64,000 nucleotides of DNA from Camelus dromedarius (Eukaryota). Under the pieces are notes generated by a model. It had not been told where the DNA came from. It ran no database searches and was given only the letters and a program-made list of their open reading frames with translations. A program made the translations under genes and the position numbers. This document shows positions 50,199 to 63,126 of this stretch, piece after piece. Position 1 is the first letter of the stretch, and each line of letters begins with the position of its first letter. Location of the stretch: contig NC_087436.1 in the NCBI RefSeq assembly GCF_036321535.1, positions 116,066,001 through 116,130,000 on the forward strand. Reading direction: 5' to 3'.

Positions 50199-50819
50199 CC
50201 TAGAAGGAGCACGATGTCCACAGGTGTTCATACTGCAGGTCAGGCCGTGGTAACTATCGCTCACCAACCCACCGAAAGGGAGCCCCTCTCCCAATCAACA
50301 GCCCCTCAGAAAAGGACAGGAGACCCTCAGGCCACAACTGCCTGACCTAGGGCACCAGGGACCATGATTCCGCCTCCCCCCATGATACGTCAGACAATAA
50401 AACCTAGACTCCGCAGAGCGGCCACCAGGTAGACTCAGAGAGGCCACTCAAATCCTAAACCTCCTTGCACTGAATAAAGAGGAAAGTAAGCTGTTGGAAG
50501 GAGGGCCTGTACGGAGGGTCTCTGTGACACAGCGTGGGGAGACCCACGCAGAGGCAAAGCAAGGAAACTGACTTAAAAGCACCCAGGACCTGGGCCACCT
50601 CCCTTAGTGTGTCAGGGAGAGGACAGCTGAGATGCACGGGAGGTTGTGCTGAAACTGTCAGGGGCGGGGACTGGGGAGAGTTGTCAGAGCCAGGCCAGAG
50701 CTTCCAGCCTGACGCAGCCATGCTCTGGTGGGACGTCGCTGCACACGTAGCATTGGGCCACGGAACCCAGTGAGTGCGATCTACCTTTGGAAGGATTTGT
50801 GAATGGCGGACAACGCAAT

Positions 50820-51020
50820 GCTCTAGATGCTTCTCATGAAACATCTGCCTTAATATTCACACTAACCCCAATGAGCAGGTACTATTAATATTGCTGTTTA
50901 CAGATTAAGAAAATCAGGCCCAGAAAAGCCAAGTATGCTGACAGAAGCTACAGGCTGAGCACTTTACTGGAGCCACATCAAATTCAGGTCATGTGACTGC
51001 AGAGGCTACAGGCTTAACAT
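50820..51020 (-). mobile_element. MIR SINE
   Basis: aggtactatta...tttacagattaagaaaatcaggcccaga. Confidence 0.7.
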
Positions 51021-53264
51021 CAATGTGCCACTATTTCTCCTTAACAGACTGCATATGTCATGATTATCTGCCACCATCAAGTCACTATTTTAGCCACCTT
51101 GGGTGGGGGCCAGAGGAGGGTGATATTATATTAAAAATGCACTTTCCCTGACTTGAGAAAGATTGTCATCTAGCAGGATGGGCAGACCCACTTAGAGCTA
51201 ACCAGGTGGATTACAAGCACAGACATCCGTGTCCAGGTGAAGGCTACGGGGATTTGGAAGAGAGAACTGATGGGGTGGATGGGAAATCTTGGAGACTTGG
51301 TAATAGAAGTGGCCTTTAATCTGGGCTCTAAATGGATTGTAGGCAAAGAACAAAACAACAACAACAACAAAACAACAAAAAATACAGTCTTCCACGGTGG
51401 GCGCTTGAAAGAGGGTATCTTGGAGGAAGAAGCACCTGATTCTGAGACTCTGACCTCATTTTTCAGATTCTCCTTTGCTTCGCATCCCTCTCTGGCTCCT
51501 GCTATCACCATCCTGCTGGCCTCAGAGGGTAGTAATCTTCTTCAGATACTCTGGCCCAGACAGAAAAGACCTTTCCATTAACTCCCCACTGTACAGCTGA
51601 GGCTGGGCTAGAAATAAAAATAATGAAAATCAATAGGCCTTTTACTAAATGCTCAGGAGCAGAAACAAGGAAGTAAATAGCCCTGTAATATCAAAACCTT
51701 GTCCAAGAGGCTAGCCCTTCCACACGGCCATCACGCCTGACGCCTTCCCTTCCTAGACCCCGGTCCCCCCGGCCTGGCGGAGACTGCTTTCGCCCCTGCC
51801 TGTTATCTGGACTCCTCAAAGTCTAGACGGGAGATGGAGAATGGTCCTCCTTGGGCCTGGTGCCTGTCCTCTCAGGTCTGGCCTTCTGTGTCCTAACTCA
51901 CCTCTCCTCTGAGTAATTGGAAGTGATTGACTTTCTCCTCTGGACTTTAATTTCTTTATGGCCTTTCAAAGAACACCACGGCTCCCTCGTCTGAAATCAA
52001 GTCTGGACGCTGCCATGAATTAACGGCATAAATTCCATCCAGGCATTTAACCTTTGTGAGCGTCTGTTTTTCTGTTGGCAAAATTAAGGGTTGAAATTAG
52101 TGGTTAGCTCAGTCCCATTTCTGGTCTCCCTATGAGTCGAAGGCCCTCTATGGGCATGACTCAAGCTGCTCGTAGTATATGTTTTTCCTCAGCAGTAATA
52201 CATTAAGGGAAATTTCTTGAACCTGAAAGGTCAGGTCTATGAGGAGGACTCATGTCCCTAAGCTCAAGGTCCCTTTGCTTTTAAGGAACGAGCCTGGGTG
52301 AGTAGAAACTGGGCTACTGGATTCTGCCTCCATATACACAGTATTTAAAGTGCATTAGGACTAAAGAAACTCAGGAGCCCTTTCTGTCTCTGGCAAGCTC
52401 AGCTGCATGTAAAAATAGCATGGCTGGTAGAAACCCCAAAGGCCCAGTCATCAACTTCTCCCTCAGGCCCCAGCATCCAGTCTCTGAGCCATCAGAAATG
52501 GCAGGCAGGATTCAAGCACTCTCCCCGGAGCTACAGACCATGGCTGGGTCACACCCATGGGCCACCAGCACGGGTACACGAACAGCTCTTAGCCAACCAC
52601 TGGTTCTTACAAGTTCCTCTTGGTACATGAGGATACGCAGTTTTTTAATGTGATGGTGACAATAATAAGGCTTGCTCAGAGAGGAAAAGAACCCCACTGG
52701 AAATAACAAAATGGCTCCAGGTGACCCTGCTGACATCAAGAATACCCATGATTGTGCTGAAGGTCACACTGCTGGCTGGAGGCTTTTCAACAGTAAGGGG
52801 CCTAGAACATTAGATGCTTCTCCTTTGGCGGGTGGTCTGGGAGAATCAGACCTGGAAGACGTAGGTATAGAAGAACCAAGATGGAGATGTCTCTCAATAA
52901 AAGTACAGGAGGAATAAAAACTAGGTACCCTGCTGCAGTGGGGAATCAAATTTAAGAGATCAAAGGGCGTTCAGACTTGGGTATAGAACCAAGGAATCCA
53001 AAGGCAGAGAAAGAGGAGAACTGGGACCATTGAATGGGATGGATGAGCAGAAGGTTGTTCTGAACAAATACTAGAAAAAAAACTCTACTGTCTGAGGTTG
53101 GATATTAAAGTGGCCTTTTAATATCCCAGTGATATGGTACATGGGGCTCATTAAAGGTTTTGTAAGTCAGTTTCACCCACCAAAAAAAGGCAATGAGTGT
53201 GTGTCCTCCGGGCCTCATGATATCTTGGCTTCCAACTGAATTTGCTTTCTATTACTTAAGTTTA

Positions 53265-53845
53265 TGGAATATTATTACATATTCCTGAGTAACAATTTAC
53301 AAGAAACTTAGCAATTTAAAGCAACATGCATCTATCATATCACAGTTTCTGTGGATCAGGAGTCCAGGTCTTGCTTTGCTGGTTTCTCCACTTTAGAGTC
53401 TCATCTGAAAGCTGCAGTCAAGGTATTGGCCAGGGCTGCAGTCTCGCTTCAAGTTTCAACTGGGGCAGGTTCCTCTTCTAGGGCCACGTGACTGTTGACA
53501 GCATCCATTTCTCTTGCAAGCTGTATGGCAGAAGACCTCAGTTTCCTGCTGGCTGTCAGTTAGAATCTATTCTCAGTTCCTTGCCACATGGCTTCCTCCA
53601 CAGAACAGCTAACAACATACATGCTTCTTCATAGCCAGCAAGGGACAGTCTCCTAGAAAGACAGTGTTATAATCTCATGTAATATAATTGTGTACATGCA
53701 GCCACGTATATCCCAATACCTTTGCCATATTCTAGCTGTTTGAATGAAGTCAGAGGACACATGCACACTCAAGCAGAGGGAATTATGCAAAGGCATGACT
53801 CCTACGAGTTGGAGATCATGGGAGCCACTTGGAGTCTGTCACACA
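53265..53845 (-). mobile_element. MaLR solo LTR (MLT1F-like)
   Basis: tcacagtttctgtggatcaggagtccagg...ctgcagtcaaggtattggccagggctgcagtc...cacactcaagcagagggga. Confidence 0.85.
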
Positions 53846-54839
53846 TAAATAGAGCTGCTTGTTGGTGCTGGATCTCAATATTCTTCCATTCTCCTTGAGA
53901 AATTCAGCAAGGACACCACAGGATTGGCAATGAACTCTATCACATAGTTACGTACAGTCTGCTGGATCAGACCATGGGACTCTCTAATCATGCCGGAGTT
54001 AAAGAGATAAAGTTGTTTCTCCTTTTTATTGGCTAGTAGCTGAGCTCCCATTTCTAGAAGTCAAAGTTTTCCCTTTCCCAGGTAGGCAGAAACCATGAGC
54101 CAGATGAAACGAGGAAGAGAACTCAACAAGGATCTACATTTGGATCCCCTAAATCTACTTCACAAGTTGGGGCAGAGCTTGGTAATAAAGACTTGTGAAT
54201 AAAGCTTAAGGGATCGGTTGACTCAAAATGAGTCAGAAGTGTGATGTGGCTGCCAAGAACAGCAAAGGCTGTCTTAGACTCAGTGCAATTAGTCCTAATG
54301 GAGGATTCGTCCAGAGGAGATAACCCTTTCTCACTTTGTGCTGCTCTGAGGGGCTGATGCTAATTCCGGATCTCACATTCTGGAGGGGACATGGGTAAAT
54401 CTGTGCAAGTACAAAGGAGAGCCCCAAGGCAGTTGAGAAGGTTGAAGGCATGGACGATAACAAAAAGGAAGAGGACTGGGGATATTTAATCTGCAAAGGC
54501 GAACTCCTGAAGTGGAGACTGGCACTGCTTTCAGACAACAGAGAGCTGTCTTTTGGAGGAGGTATTCGTTGGTTTTCTGTGAGCCCAAGGGATAGAGCCA
54601 ATGCCCTTAGTGGAAGTCCTGGACGGTCAGATTTCTGCTCTGGGTGAGAAACATTTTCCAAAAGGCACAGCTGGCATAAAAGAGAGTAGATGCTTATGGC
54701 TGGAGGTCTTCCTTGAGTCATTCAGTTATTCAACAAGCTTTTATTGGTTCCTACTGACAGCCAAGCACCAAACTACACAGATACCCAACAACGAAGATGC
54801 ATTCTCTGTCTTCAAGGAACGCCCTTGAATGAGACCAGT

Positions 54840-55217
54840 AAATACAGAATCTCAATGACTGGAGGTAACTAACAACCTCCAAGCCTCGGACGTTTATTTC
54901 TTGCCCGTGTCCCATGGAGGAGGCTACAACTGGGTTCCTGGGACTCCATGTGCCCCCTCACTCTGGAAGCAGGACGCAGGAACTTGGGAGAGGAGAACAA
55001 GAGCGTTGTGATGCCTGCAAAAGCTTCCCCTCAGATGAGGCTGCTCTGCTTGTTTCTCATTGGCTGAAGAATGTCACACTGCCAATGCCAACGTTCATGG
55101 ACGGAGAAGCACCGTCTTGCCACAGGGGGCGCTGTAAGACAGCAACAGGTGGTGTGTGTTTAACCCTCCACAGGGTCACAGGGGCAAATACCGGGAAAAA
55201 TAACAGAGTTGACTACA
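54840..55217 (-). mobile_element. Old MaLR LTR (MLT1K/L-like)
   Basis: tttatttcttgc...ctcattggctgaagaatgtcaca...ataacagagttgactaca. Confidence 0.55.
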
Positions 55218-55459
55218 GTGCCCTTGGAGACATTCTGTGGGAGTTGACAAGGTTTTGTGGAAGACACAACTCCTTAGAAGGGACTTCAAGAGTAGACACG
55301 AGTGTTTTCTTGACAGTCTTGGACCAATAACTCTGCCTTTCCAAAATCACTGTATATTCACACATATACTTATGATGTAGGATGACACATTTCAGTGTGA
55401 ATGTTCATAAATGAACGTTTGACCTAAGCAGGATGGTTTTCTTGTCTGGGGTGAGAAGT

Positions 55460-55490
<31 letters not shown>

Positions 55491-56454
55491 TTTCCACGTG
55501 GGAAAGAAATCTCCAGAAATTTAAATGAGTTAAATGAAATTTAACAGTCGAGAAACTTCAACTAAGAAGAACTAGGTTAATCCAGGAATGAAAGGGAGCG
55601 AATCAAGAAAAAAAAAAAAAATATGAGAAGCCGAATTTAATTAAGGGACCTAGAAGGAAGATATTAGTAGCTCTTCTCCGTGAGGAATAATAAATGAAAG
55701 ATTGTCTGTCATTTTTGGTTGTAAAGTTTGGTCTAAATTATGGCCCTCCACATATTTCTCTCCTTGAAGAAGAATTTATTTAATCTACCTGTGAACATTT
55801 CACAGATGGAGGAAGCAAAGGTGGGCTGATTACAATTTGTTTATTTGTTTGTTTATAAGAAATTCTTATTGCCTTGGACACTGGGAGCAAAGTAATTCCC
55901 AATAGGGTGGAAAATAAAAATTGTCCCTTTTTTCCTTAGAGTGGCTGCTGAACCAAGGGGAGTTGGATGAGGCAGGAAGAAACACTTGGCCTAAAATACT
56001 TCATTGCTCACTTTGCATGTCCTTCAATTTTTAATACCTTTAATTCTTGTGTTTGAGGAAGGTTTGTTTGTTTGTTTGTTTTTAACCTCCTGGTGCAAAA
56101 TCCTTGCGCTGAAACTTTGAGATCAACATGCCAAAAGCCAATTGTACCATGCAGTGGCTGTGGGATTGATGTTTCTTCAATAATTTTCAATTAAAAAACT
56201 ACCTTGTTCTCAGAGGGAAAGCACAATGTAAATACTTTTCAGAGTATATGGTGACCATAATAAAATGCAACAGCATTCCCCACTAAAGCTCCACTGGGGC
56301 CCTGGGTGGGCACAGTTCAGGGTGAATATGGTGGTTTCCAGTCTTTCTGGATGCATACACTTGCGGTTTGCAAGGCAATGTCTGGCGAATGGAAGTTAGA
56401 AGGCCTCTTTGGAGTTTCGTGTCCACAATCTGCCAGCCCCGTGAACCTGGCTAA

Positions 56455-56620
56455 TAACAAGAGTCAACATTTATGGCACACTGGCTATGTGCCACATAGG
56501 GTTCTAAGTTTTACAGGTATTAACTCATATACTCCTTGCAACAGCATCATGTGAGGTAGGTATTATTATTATTCCCATTTTGTAGACAAAAAAAACAGAA
56601 GCACAGTAACTTGCCCCAAA
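56455..56620 (-). mobile_element. MIR SINE
   Basis: aacatttatgg...ctatgtgcca...tgaggtaggtattattattattcccattttgtaga. Confidence 0.85.
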
Positions 56621-56629
56621 CATGTAAAG

Positions 56630-57360
56630 ATTTTTCTATAAATCAATAATAAAAAGACAAAAACACAATAGAAAAAGGGGTAAAAGACAGGACTAGGCAC
56701 TTCATAAAAGAAGCTATCCAACTAGTCATTAAACATAGAAAACGTGCTCAGCTTCATTTGCAATCACACAAGTCCAAATTAAAAGCAAAATGGCTCAGCA
56801 CTCCATACTCCACAGAGTGCCTGAGAGTAGACAGACTGGTGGTACCAAGTACTGGAGAGGAAGCTGAGCAATGGAAACCCACATGCATGCTCCTGGTGGG
56901 GAGTCAGCCCACCTTCCTTGGAAAACAGGGTGTTAACCACTCGAGTTGGGCTTTTGCAAGCCCTGCAATGCGGCAATCCCACCCCCAAGTGTGAAGCCGA
57001 CATAAAGGCTTGCACTGATGCACCCAGAAAACATGCACTGGAGTGTTCACATATGCATGATTTGGGAAAGTCCTAAACTGGAAACAACCTGAATACCATC
57101 TACAACAGGACTAGAAACATTCAGGATACTCTTACCACATGCTACTGTTCAACAGTAACGATGAACTTCATCTCCAAGCAATGGCATAAGTAAATTTCGT
57201 AAATAATGTTGAATGAGAGGACTGAGACACAGAAGAATACTGGATGATTCCATCTACATAACATTCCAGTTTGCAAATGTAATCTCTAATTTTAAAAGTC
57301 AGGAGACTGGGTGACTTTGGGGAAGGAGGGAGGGTGTTGTGATGAGGAAGATGCATAGGA
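56630..57360 (+). mobile_element. L1ME-type 3' fragment
   Basis: ggactaggcacttcataaaagaag...taccaagtactggagagga...aactggaaacaacctgaat...atgattccatctacataa. Confidence 0.8.
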
Positions 57361-58202
57361 GTCTAGTGGAGCTAAACAAAGACCTACCCCTTCCTCTCAA
57401 ACCCACGTCTTCATTCCTGGTTCAAGAACTGGGTGGAAGCGCAGGCTGTTTGACTACTGGCCCTTCTTCAGATTCTCATGCCTCATCGGACAAGAATGCA
57501 TTTGTTCTTTTTCTATATAAAGTAAATATTGAAGTATTATATACTAATTGATATTTTTTAGGTCAAAGATCCAGCCCCTGCTTGTCCCTGTTCTTAGGAA
57601 ATTAGAAACCCAAGCATATAGTATGTGCTATGTTTAATAAAGTTAAACAACTTTATGTGCTACGGATTTAGAAATACTCTGTACGACAAACTGGCAATTT
57701 CTATTTTTTTTTTTTTTTAAATTTCAGCTATTATCTACACAGTCTTATTTGGGGAATTGCCTTCGGGTAGTGGAATTACTGTCTTTTTTTTTCCTCTTTC
57801 TAATTTTCTGTGATTTTCCAAACTAGCTATCATGAACAAGTATGACTCTATAATAAAACAAATGCAAAAGTAAACTTTAAAATTTAGCTTAGCCCTTAAT
57901 ACTGAGATGCGGAAGTTTAAAAGTAACACGTCGCCCTTGCTCTTGCGTCACCTGGGGCCGGTAAACGCTTCCTTCTCCGCCTGCGTTTTCAGTAAATTCA
58001 GTGGAGAACTTTGCCATTTGAAACTCCTCTGTGGAATACACGATTTAAGGAAATAACATCTTGTTTACACCAACTTTAAGATTTGTTTTTTACATTTTAA
58101 TATTTCTGAATCTGGGATTATCCCACAATTGGAGGCATCTTACCATTGTGGTTGACCAAGCATTAGGTCGATGTCGCTGCCTCCTCATGGATGGACTTGC
58201 TT

Positions 58203-58711
58203 GTTGGCACAGGCAGCTTCTAAACTTGCCAAAATCCCTGCCTTCCAGGCTTCACACTTTCCAGTAACCTCGTTCCCTAGAATATGGCTGGACTGAGTGA
58301 CTTGTTTGTAACAAGCTGCATGCAACACACATGACGGGCTGTCACTTCTGAGGTTGGGTTATAAAAAGACTCTGCCTTCCATGTGGGATGAACTTTTGAT
58401 GTCTCACTGGCTCACTCAGTGGAAGCCCACTGCACTATGGAGCTAGGCCCTCAGTCTGACAACTTGCAGAGAACTAAATCCTGCCAACAGTAGAGTGAGT
58501 GAGTTTGGAAGCAGACCCTCTTCCACTGAGCCTTGACAGGACTGCAGTCCAGACAGACGCCTTGATTAGAACTGGAGCTACTCTGAGGCAGAGGGCCCAG
58601 CTTAGCCATGCTTAGATTCCTGATCGACAGAAACTGTAATAGTAAATGTGTGTTATGGGAAGACACTAACTTTAGGATTACTTTGTTACACAGATGTATA
58701 TAACTAATACA
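58203..58711 (+). mobile_element. MaLR solo LTR (MLT1F-like)
   Basis: tgtcacttctgaggttgggttataaaaagact...gaactaaatcctgccaaca...agattcctgatcgacagaaactgt...taactaataca. Confidence 0.85.
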
Positions 58712-58808
58712 CCCAACTGCCATCACTTCAACTGAGATACCAGCATTATTGGAAGTCCATGTGGTGAGTATAATTGTTCTAAAATGTCTTTAAAAAATAT
58801 AGTAAGAA

Positions 58809-59120
58809 AAAAAGGATGCAGATGAGCTTTTTACAAAACAGAAACAGACTCACAGACACCGAAAATAAACTTATGGTTACCAGGGAGGAAAGAGGATGGG
58901 GAGGGGTAAATTGGGAGTTCAGGATTAGCAGATACTAATTATTATATATAAAATAGATAAACAGCAAGGTCCTACTGTAGAGCACAGGGAACTATATTCA
59001 GTATCTTGTAATTACCTATATTGAAAAAGAATACATATGTATATACATATAGGTACAACTGAATCACTATGTTGTACATCAGAAACTAACACAACATTGA
59101 AAACTAACTACCCTTTAATG
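58809..59120 (+). mobile_element. L1 3' end (cetartiodactyl type)
   Basis: acaaaacagaaacagactcacagac...; TSD aaaaaatatagtaagaa/aaaaaatacactaagaa (15/17). Confidence 0.92.
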
Positions 59121-59292
59121 AAAAAATACACTAAGAATTTTCATTGGAATGAAAAGATAGAAAAGAAGCAAAGAAAACAGAAACAGAGCACTGTGGTATA
59201 AACAGAACTTCACGAAGTCAGCACCTTTATTTAGAGTAATAATCAGGAATTCCATATGCTCTTGCAAACCAACAACCGGATGTTTATGGGGC

Positions 59293-59673
59293 TGTATTCA
59301 TTTTTCAGGGCTGCCATAATTCAATACCACACACTGGATGGCTTAAACAATAGAAACTTGTTTCCTCGCAGTTCTGGAGCATAGAAGTCTGGGAACCAGG
59401 ACTGGAAGGGCTGGAAGGGCCTCTCTCCTGGGCTCAAAGATGATCACCTTCTTCCTGTGACCTCATGTGGCTGCCTCTGTGCGTGACTGTGTCTAGTCTC
59501 CACTTCAGATAAAGACACCAGTAATGTGAGACTAGGGCACACTCTAATGACCACATTTTCACTTAATTCCCCCTGGAAAGGCCTGATCTCCAAATGTAGC
59601 CACATTCTGAAGTCCTGGGAGCTAGGACTTCAACGTATGAATTTGAGGACGAGACACAATTCAACTCATAACA
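59293..59673 (-). mobile_element. MaLR solo LTR (MLT1A0-like), followed by a terminal piece of another MLT1 to ~59750
   Basis: agggctgccataa...ctccaaatgtagccacattctgaagtcctgggagctaggacttcaacgtatgaattt...ataaca. Confidence 0.88.
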
Positions 59674-60484
59674 TGATGTAAGATAATGTACTCACAGGTT
59701 CTGGTATTGAGATGTGGACCTCTTTGGGGACCATTACTCTGCCAAGATCAAGGATGGATGATGAAGAAGGAAGAATGGAAGGTTTCCTTCATGCTCCAGC
59801 ATGTCATGCCTGGCAGTAGAGTAGAGCTGGCAAACTTAGAGAGTGACGTGCTCTGTACGAGAATCACCTCCCATCCTCAGTAACGGGGAAGATAGTGGCT
59901 CAGCTGTTTCATTTTCCATGGGGCCAAGGGCTCTTCCTCTTGCTCTGCTCTGCCCCTTCCCTGTCACTTACCTTTCAAGTGAATCCAGGTTAACTCAGGC
60001 AGTGCCAACAGCTCCGGTTAATGGCACTACACTTCATCAGTGACAGACAGAATAATCTCCATATTGAGTGAAATCAGAATATATTGACCTATTACATGCC
60101 GTACACTGTTAGTGGCTGTCAGCTGCATCATCCCCCCTCAATCTCAAAATACCACATTCTGGGCGAGAAACATGGTGTTTATTTTATAAAAGAAGAAATG
60201 AAGTTCAGAGGGGATATGTGAATGGACTAGAAGGGCACAGATCCATACTTAGCTTTGTCTGACCCCAACGCTTTTGCTCTTTGAGAACTTGCCTTCCCTT
60301 TGCCGCTATGATTTTCAAGCCGCAATGACCTCTGGGGCAGATGTTGTCAGTTCATAAGAAGAACTGTTCCCTTAAAGGATCTGTAACCCAAGAGGTCATT
60401 CAGGGTGCTTAAGAAAGTAGACGGATTTTGTTGTACTTTTTTTAAGGAAAGTAGGTCCGTCTGATGTAATTCCCTTTTACAGTA

Positions 60485-60680
60485 ACGATGCACTTGCACT
60501 CACCGGGTACCATGTGCAGGATGCTGCACATGCGATAACGTGAGGAGGACATCGTTACTGCTGTCTTCACCAAGAAGAAACTGAGGCTAAGTGACTTGGG
60601 TGAAGTCCCAGAACTCATCCTGCAGAGCTGGGATCTGAACCCCCGCAGCCTGTCTCTGGAGCCGGCCCTCCTGGGGGCTG
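60485..60680 (-). mobile_element. MIR SINE
   Basis: aagaagaaactgaggctaagtgacttg...gagctgggatctgaaccc. Confidence 0.7.
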
Positions 60681-63126
60681 TGCTGTCTCCTGAATGTCGG
60701 TTTTGGGGGAGTTTACATCATGGTCACAAGAGACTTACAATAGCATAATGAGCGTTAACCGTGGGCTGCTCCACCTGGGGTAAGTGAACAAGGAACCAAC
60801 CAGGAAAGAAAGAGACCAAGGGAGTGAATCCGTTTGGGGATATTAAGTTGACCAGCAGAAGTGACACCCCTCCTCCCTGCCCATGCAACACAGACTTCAT
60901 TACAGAGGGAAGCTTGGCTGAAGAACGCAACCACATGAGACAATGTCAGGCCAGGACGGGCCTTTCCCTCACTGGGGAGGCCCCCGGAGAAGCAGCAGAG
61001 AAGTCAAGCAAGTTGGATGCTTCCTTCAGGCAGCTTGCTCTCAAGAGGAAGAAAGGCAGAACTGACGGAGCATCTAAAGTTATTCTTCCCAATTTGTTAA
61101 CACGTAAGTCCATGCACTTCCCAAGGCAGGTGGAGGGTCCTTGCCAACCAGAGCAGCTTCCAGGACGAAGTGACTCCAGAAAGACAGGCTGACTCCAGAT
61201 AGGAACAGGAGCTGGGAAGGGCATTCAGTCCTCCAAGGGAAGTCCTGACTCCGCTGTGATTTTCAGATCTACCACGACAGGGGGCGCCTTCTCCAGTTCA
61301 CCCCTGTATCTCCTGGGCCCACCCCTGGGCCTGGCAGAGAGTAAGAGCTAGAAAACTACCCGACGCTGGAATAAACAAACTGATCACCACGGACACCAGA
61401 GCTGAGGTCTGAAGCCCACGTGAAATCAAGGGCCCCGATGTGAGATAACATTGTCTAGAGACGCATCTCCTTAACAGCTACTGTATTGAAGGGCGGATGG
61501 TGTGCGGGGAGAGAAAAACAGCTACCCTGAGAACTGAGCTTTTAAGATGAGCGTTAGTGTACTAAATGCAATTATAACAATATCATGAACATTGGATTTA
61601 AGTATCTTGTGGATAAGTCCTAGAGAGTAAGCGAATTTTCAAGGCATGAAGAGAACCCCAGATCTCTTCTCTTCCACTTAGAGGCAGAGCATAAAATCAC
61701 TGGAGTCCTCTTTCCAGTTTTATAAAATGCATAGAAGCAGTTAAGAAAGAAAGAGAGAATTACATCATGAGACAGGAGAAAAAAAACATAGAAGGCCTTG
61801 ATGTTGACCTGGTTCTAAATCCAGCATGGCTAATTGTATGCCCTCCGGAATTTGCTTAACTACTAGTCTATGACCACATGTAAAATGGGAATAAAAGGAA
61901 CATGTATTCGGGTCTCCTAGCATAAAGCTTATCAAGAAATGCAGTGATTTTTATTTACTTCTACATACCTCCTCTTTGTTTCCCATGCTGTCTAATAGAT
62001 TTTCCTAACTTTGTACAAGTTAGCCATTTTCACATTAGTTTACAACAAATACTGTTACTAATATATTGAGATATGCCAACTTGATCATCTTAGGTATACA
62101 ATGCTATTTTTTTTTTTCATTTAGAGCTAAGTTGTGGAGTTTCAAAGTATTCTGTGAAATACTTGTTACTACTATAAAGGATACAAATGTGTAGCTAGCT
62201 CTTGTGAGCATCACTGTAAACTTTTTCATAAGGAAAGGAGAGCAAAAGTCAGACAGAGACCTCTAGCATCTTTCAAGACTCTCCCCATAGCTTTGGCTGT
62301 ATTTAATATCTGGAATCAAAACAAGGCTTAGGAGGGCAGCAGCCCTGTTGGTTTTCAGGGCAGTAAGGTCACACTCTGGAGGACTTCAGTGGGGACTCCA
62401 AGAGGAGGGAGCTGCTAGAAATATCGGAAGTGCTTGAAGCTGAGAGTTCAGGGTAGGATGTAAGAGGGCAGAATCACAGCCCAAATGCTCCTTTGACCTT
62501 CCTCATATACCGAGAACCAGGAGCTCATGAGGATTATCAGATTGAATTGTAATTTTTTCTGTTCTGCACATCTGTGAGCTCCTTCGGGTAAGGGATTACC
62601 TTTTATTCTTCTTGGTAAATCTCCGCCCAGGTACCTACCACAGGGCTGCTATGCAAGATGCACGCAGTAAATGTGTCCACTGAGCTGATACGGCTGGTGA
62701 GAGAGGAAAAGGTCTATCTTTCTTCCTGAAGAGTTTGAACCTCCCAGGATCCTTGAATAAAGCCTAAAAGAGAGAATTATCAAGACCTGCTCATCAAAGC
62801 ATCAGTCAGCTTTGGTCCCAGCTAACCTGAAATCAAAGCTAGTGACACAATTTCCCATTGCCCAGAGGCTTTCCAGTCCTCAGAAGGGTCTAATAATTTG
62901 GACAAGAGGACCACTTCAGGCCTGCAATATTGTAAATTTTGCAGCACTGATGGGTGTAATTTGGGGCAAAGTTTGACACAGGATCAGAGATAAAAGCAGT
63001 GCGTTGTCTAGAGTTGTTTATCCAACACAACAAATGGGCTCTAAAGTATGAGTATGAAATTGCATTTATCATACACACTTTACCCGAATCAATTAAGCAT
63101 TGTCCTCTACAAGATCAGCATCTAGC

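Noticed and set aside
4570..59673. Inferring host-gene strand from TE orientation bias
   Set aside because: MaLR LTRs lean to the minus strand while L1s lean to the plus strand. The signals conflict and the counts are small.
22640..59975. Scattered minus-strand donor motifs (cttacct at ~22646, 28224, 30485, 37075, 37526, 59967) as a multi-exon gene
   Set aside because: I could not pair them with convincing acceptors and open frames, and their frequency is compatible with background.
60324..60484. Canonical H/ACA snoRNA or SECIS element
   Set aside because: The ACA box is not positioned after hairpin 2. AUGA is Watson-Crick paired rather than in a GA quartet, and the apical AA spacing does not fit. 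Kept only as an unclassified structure.
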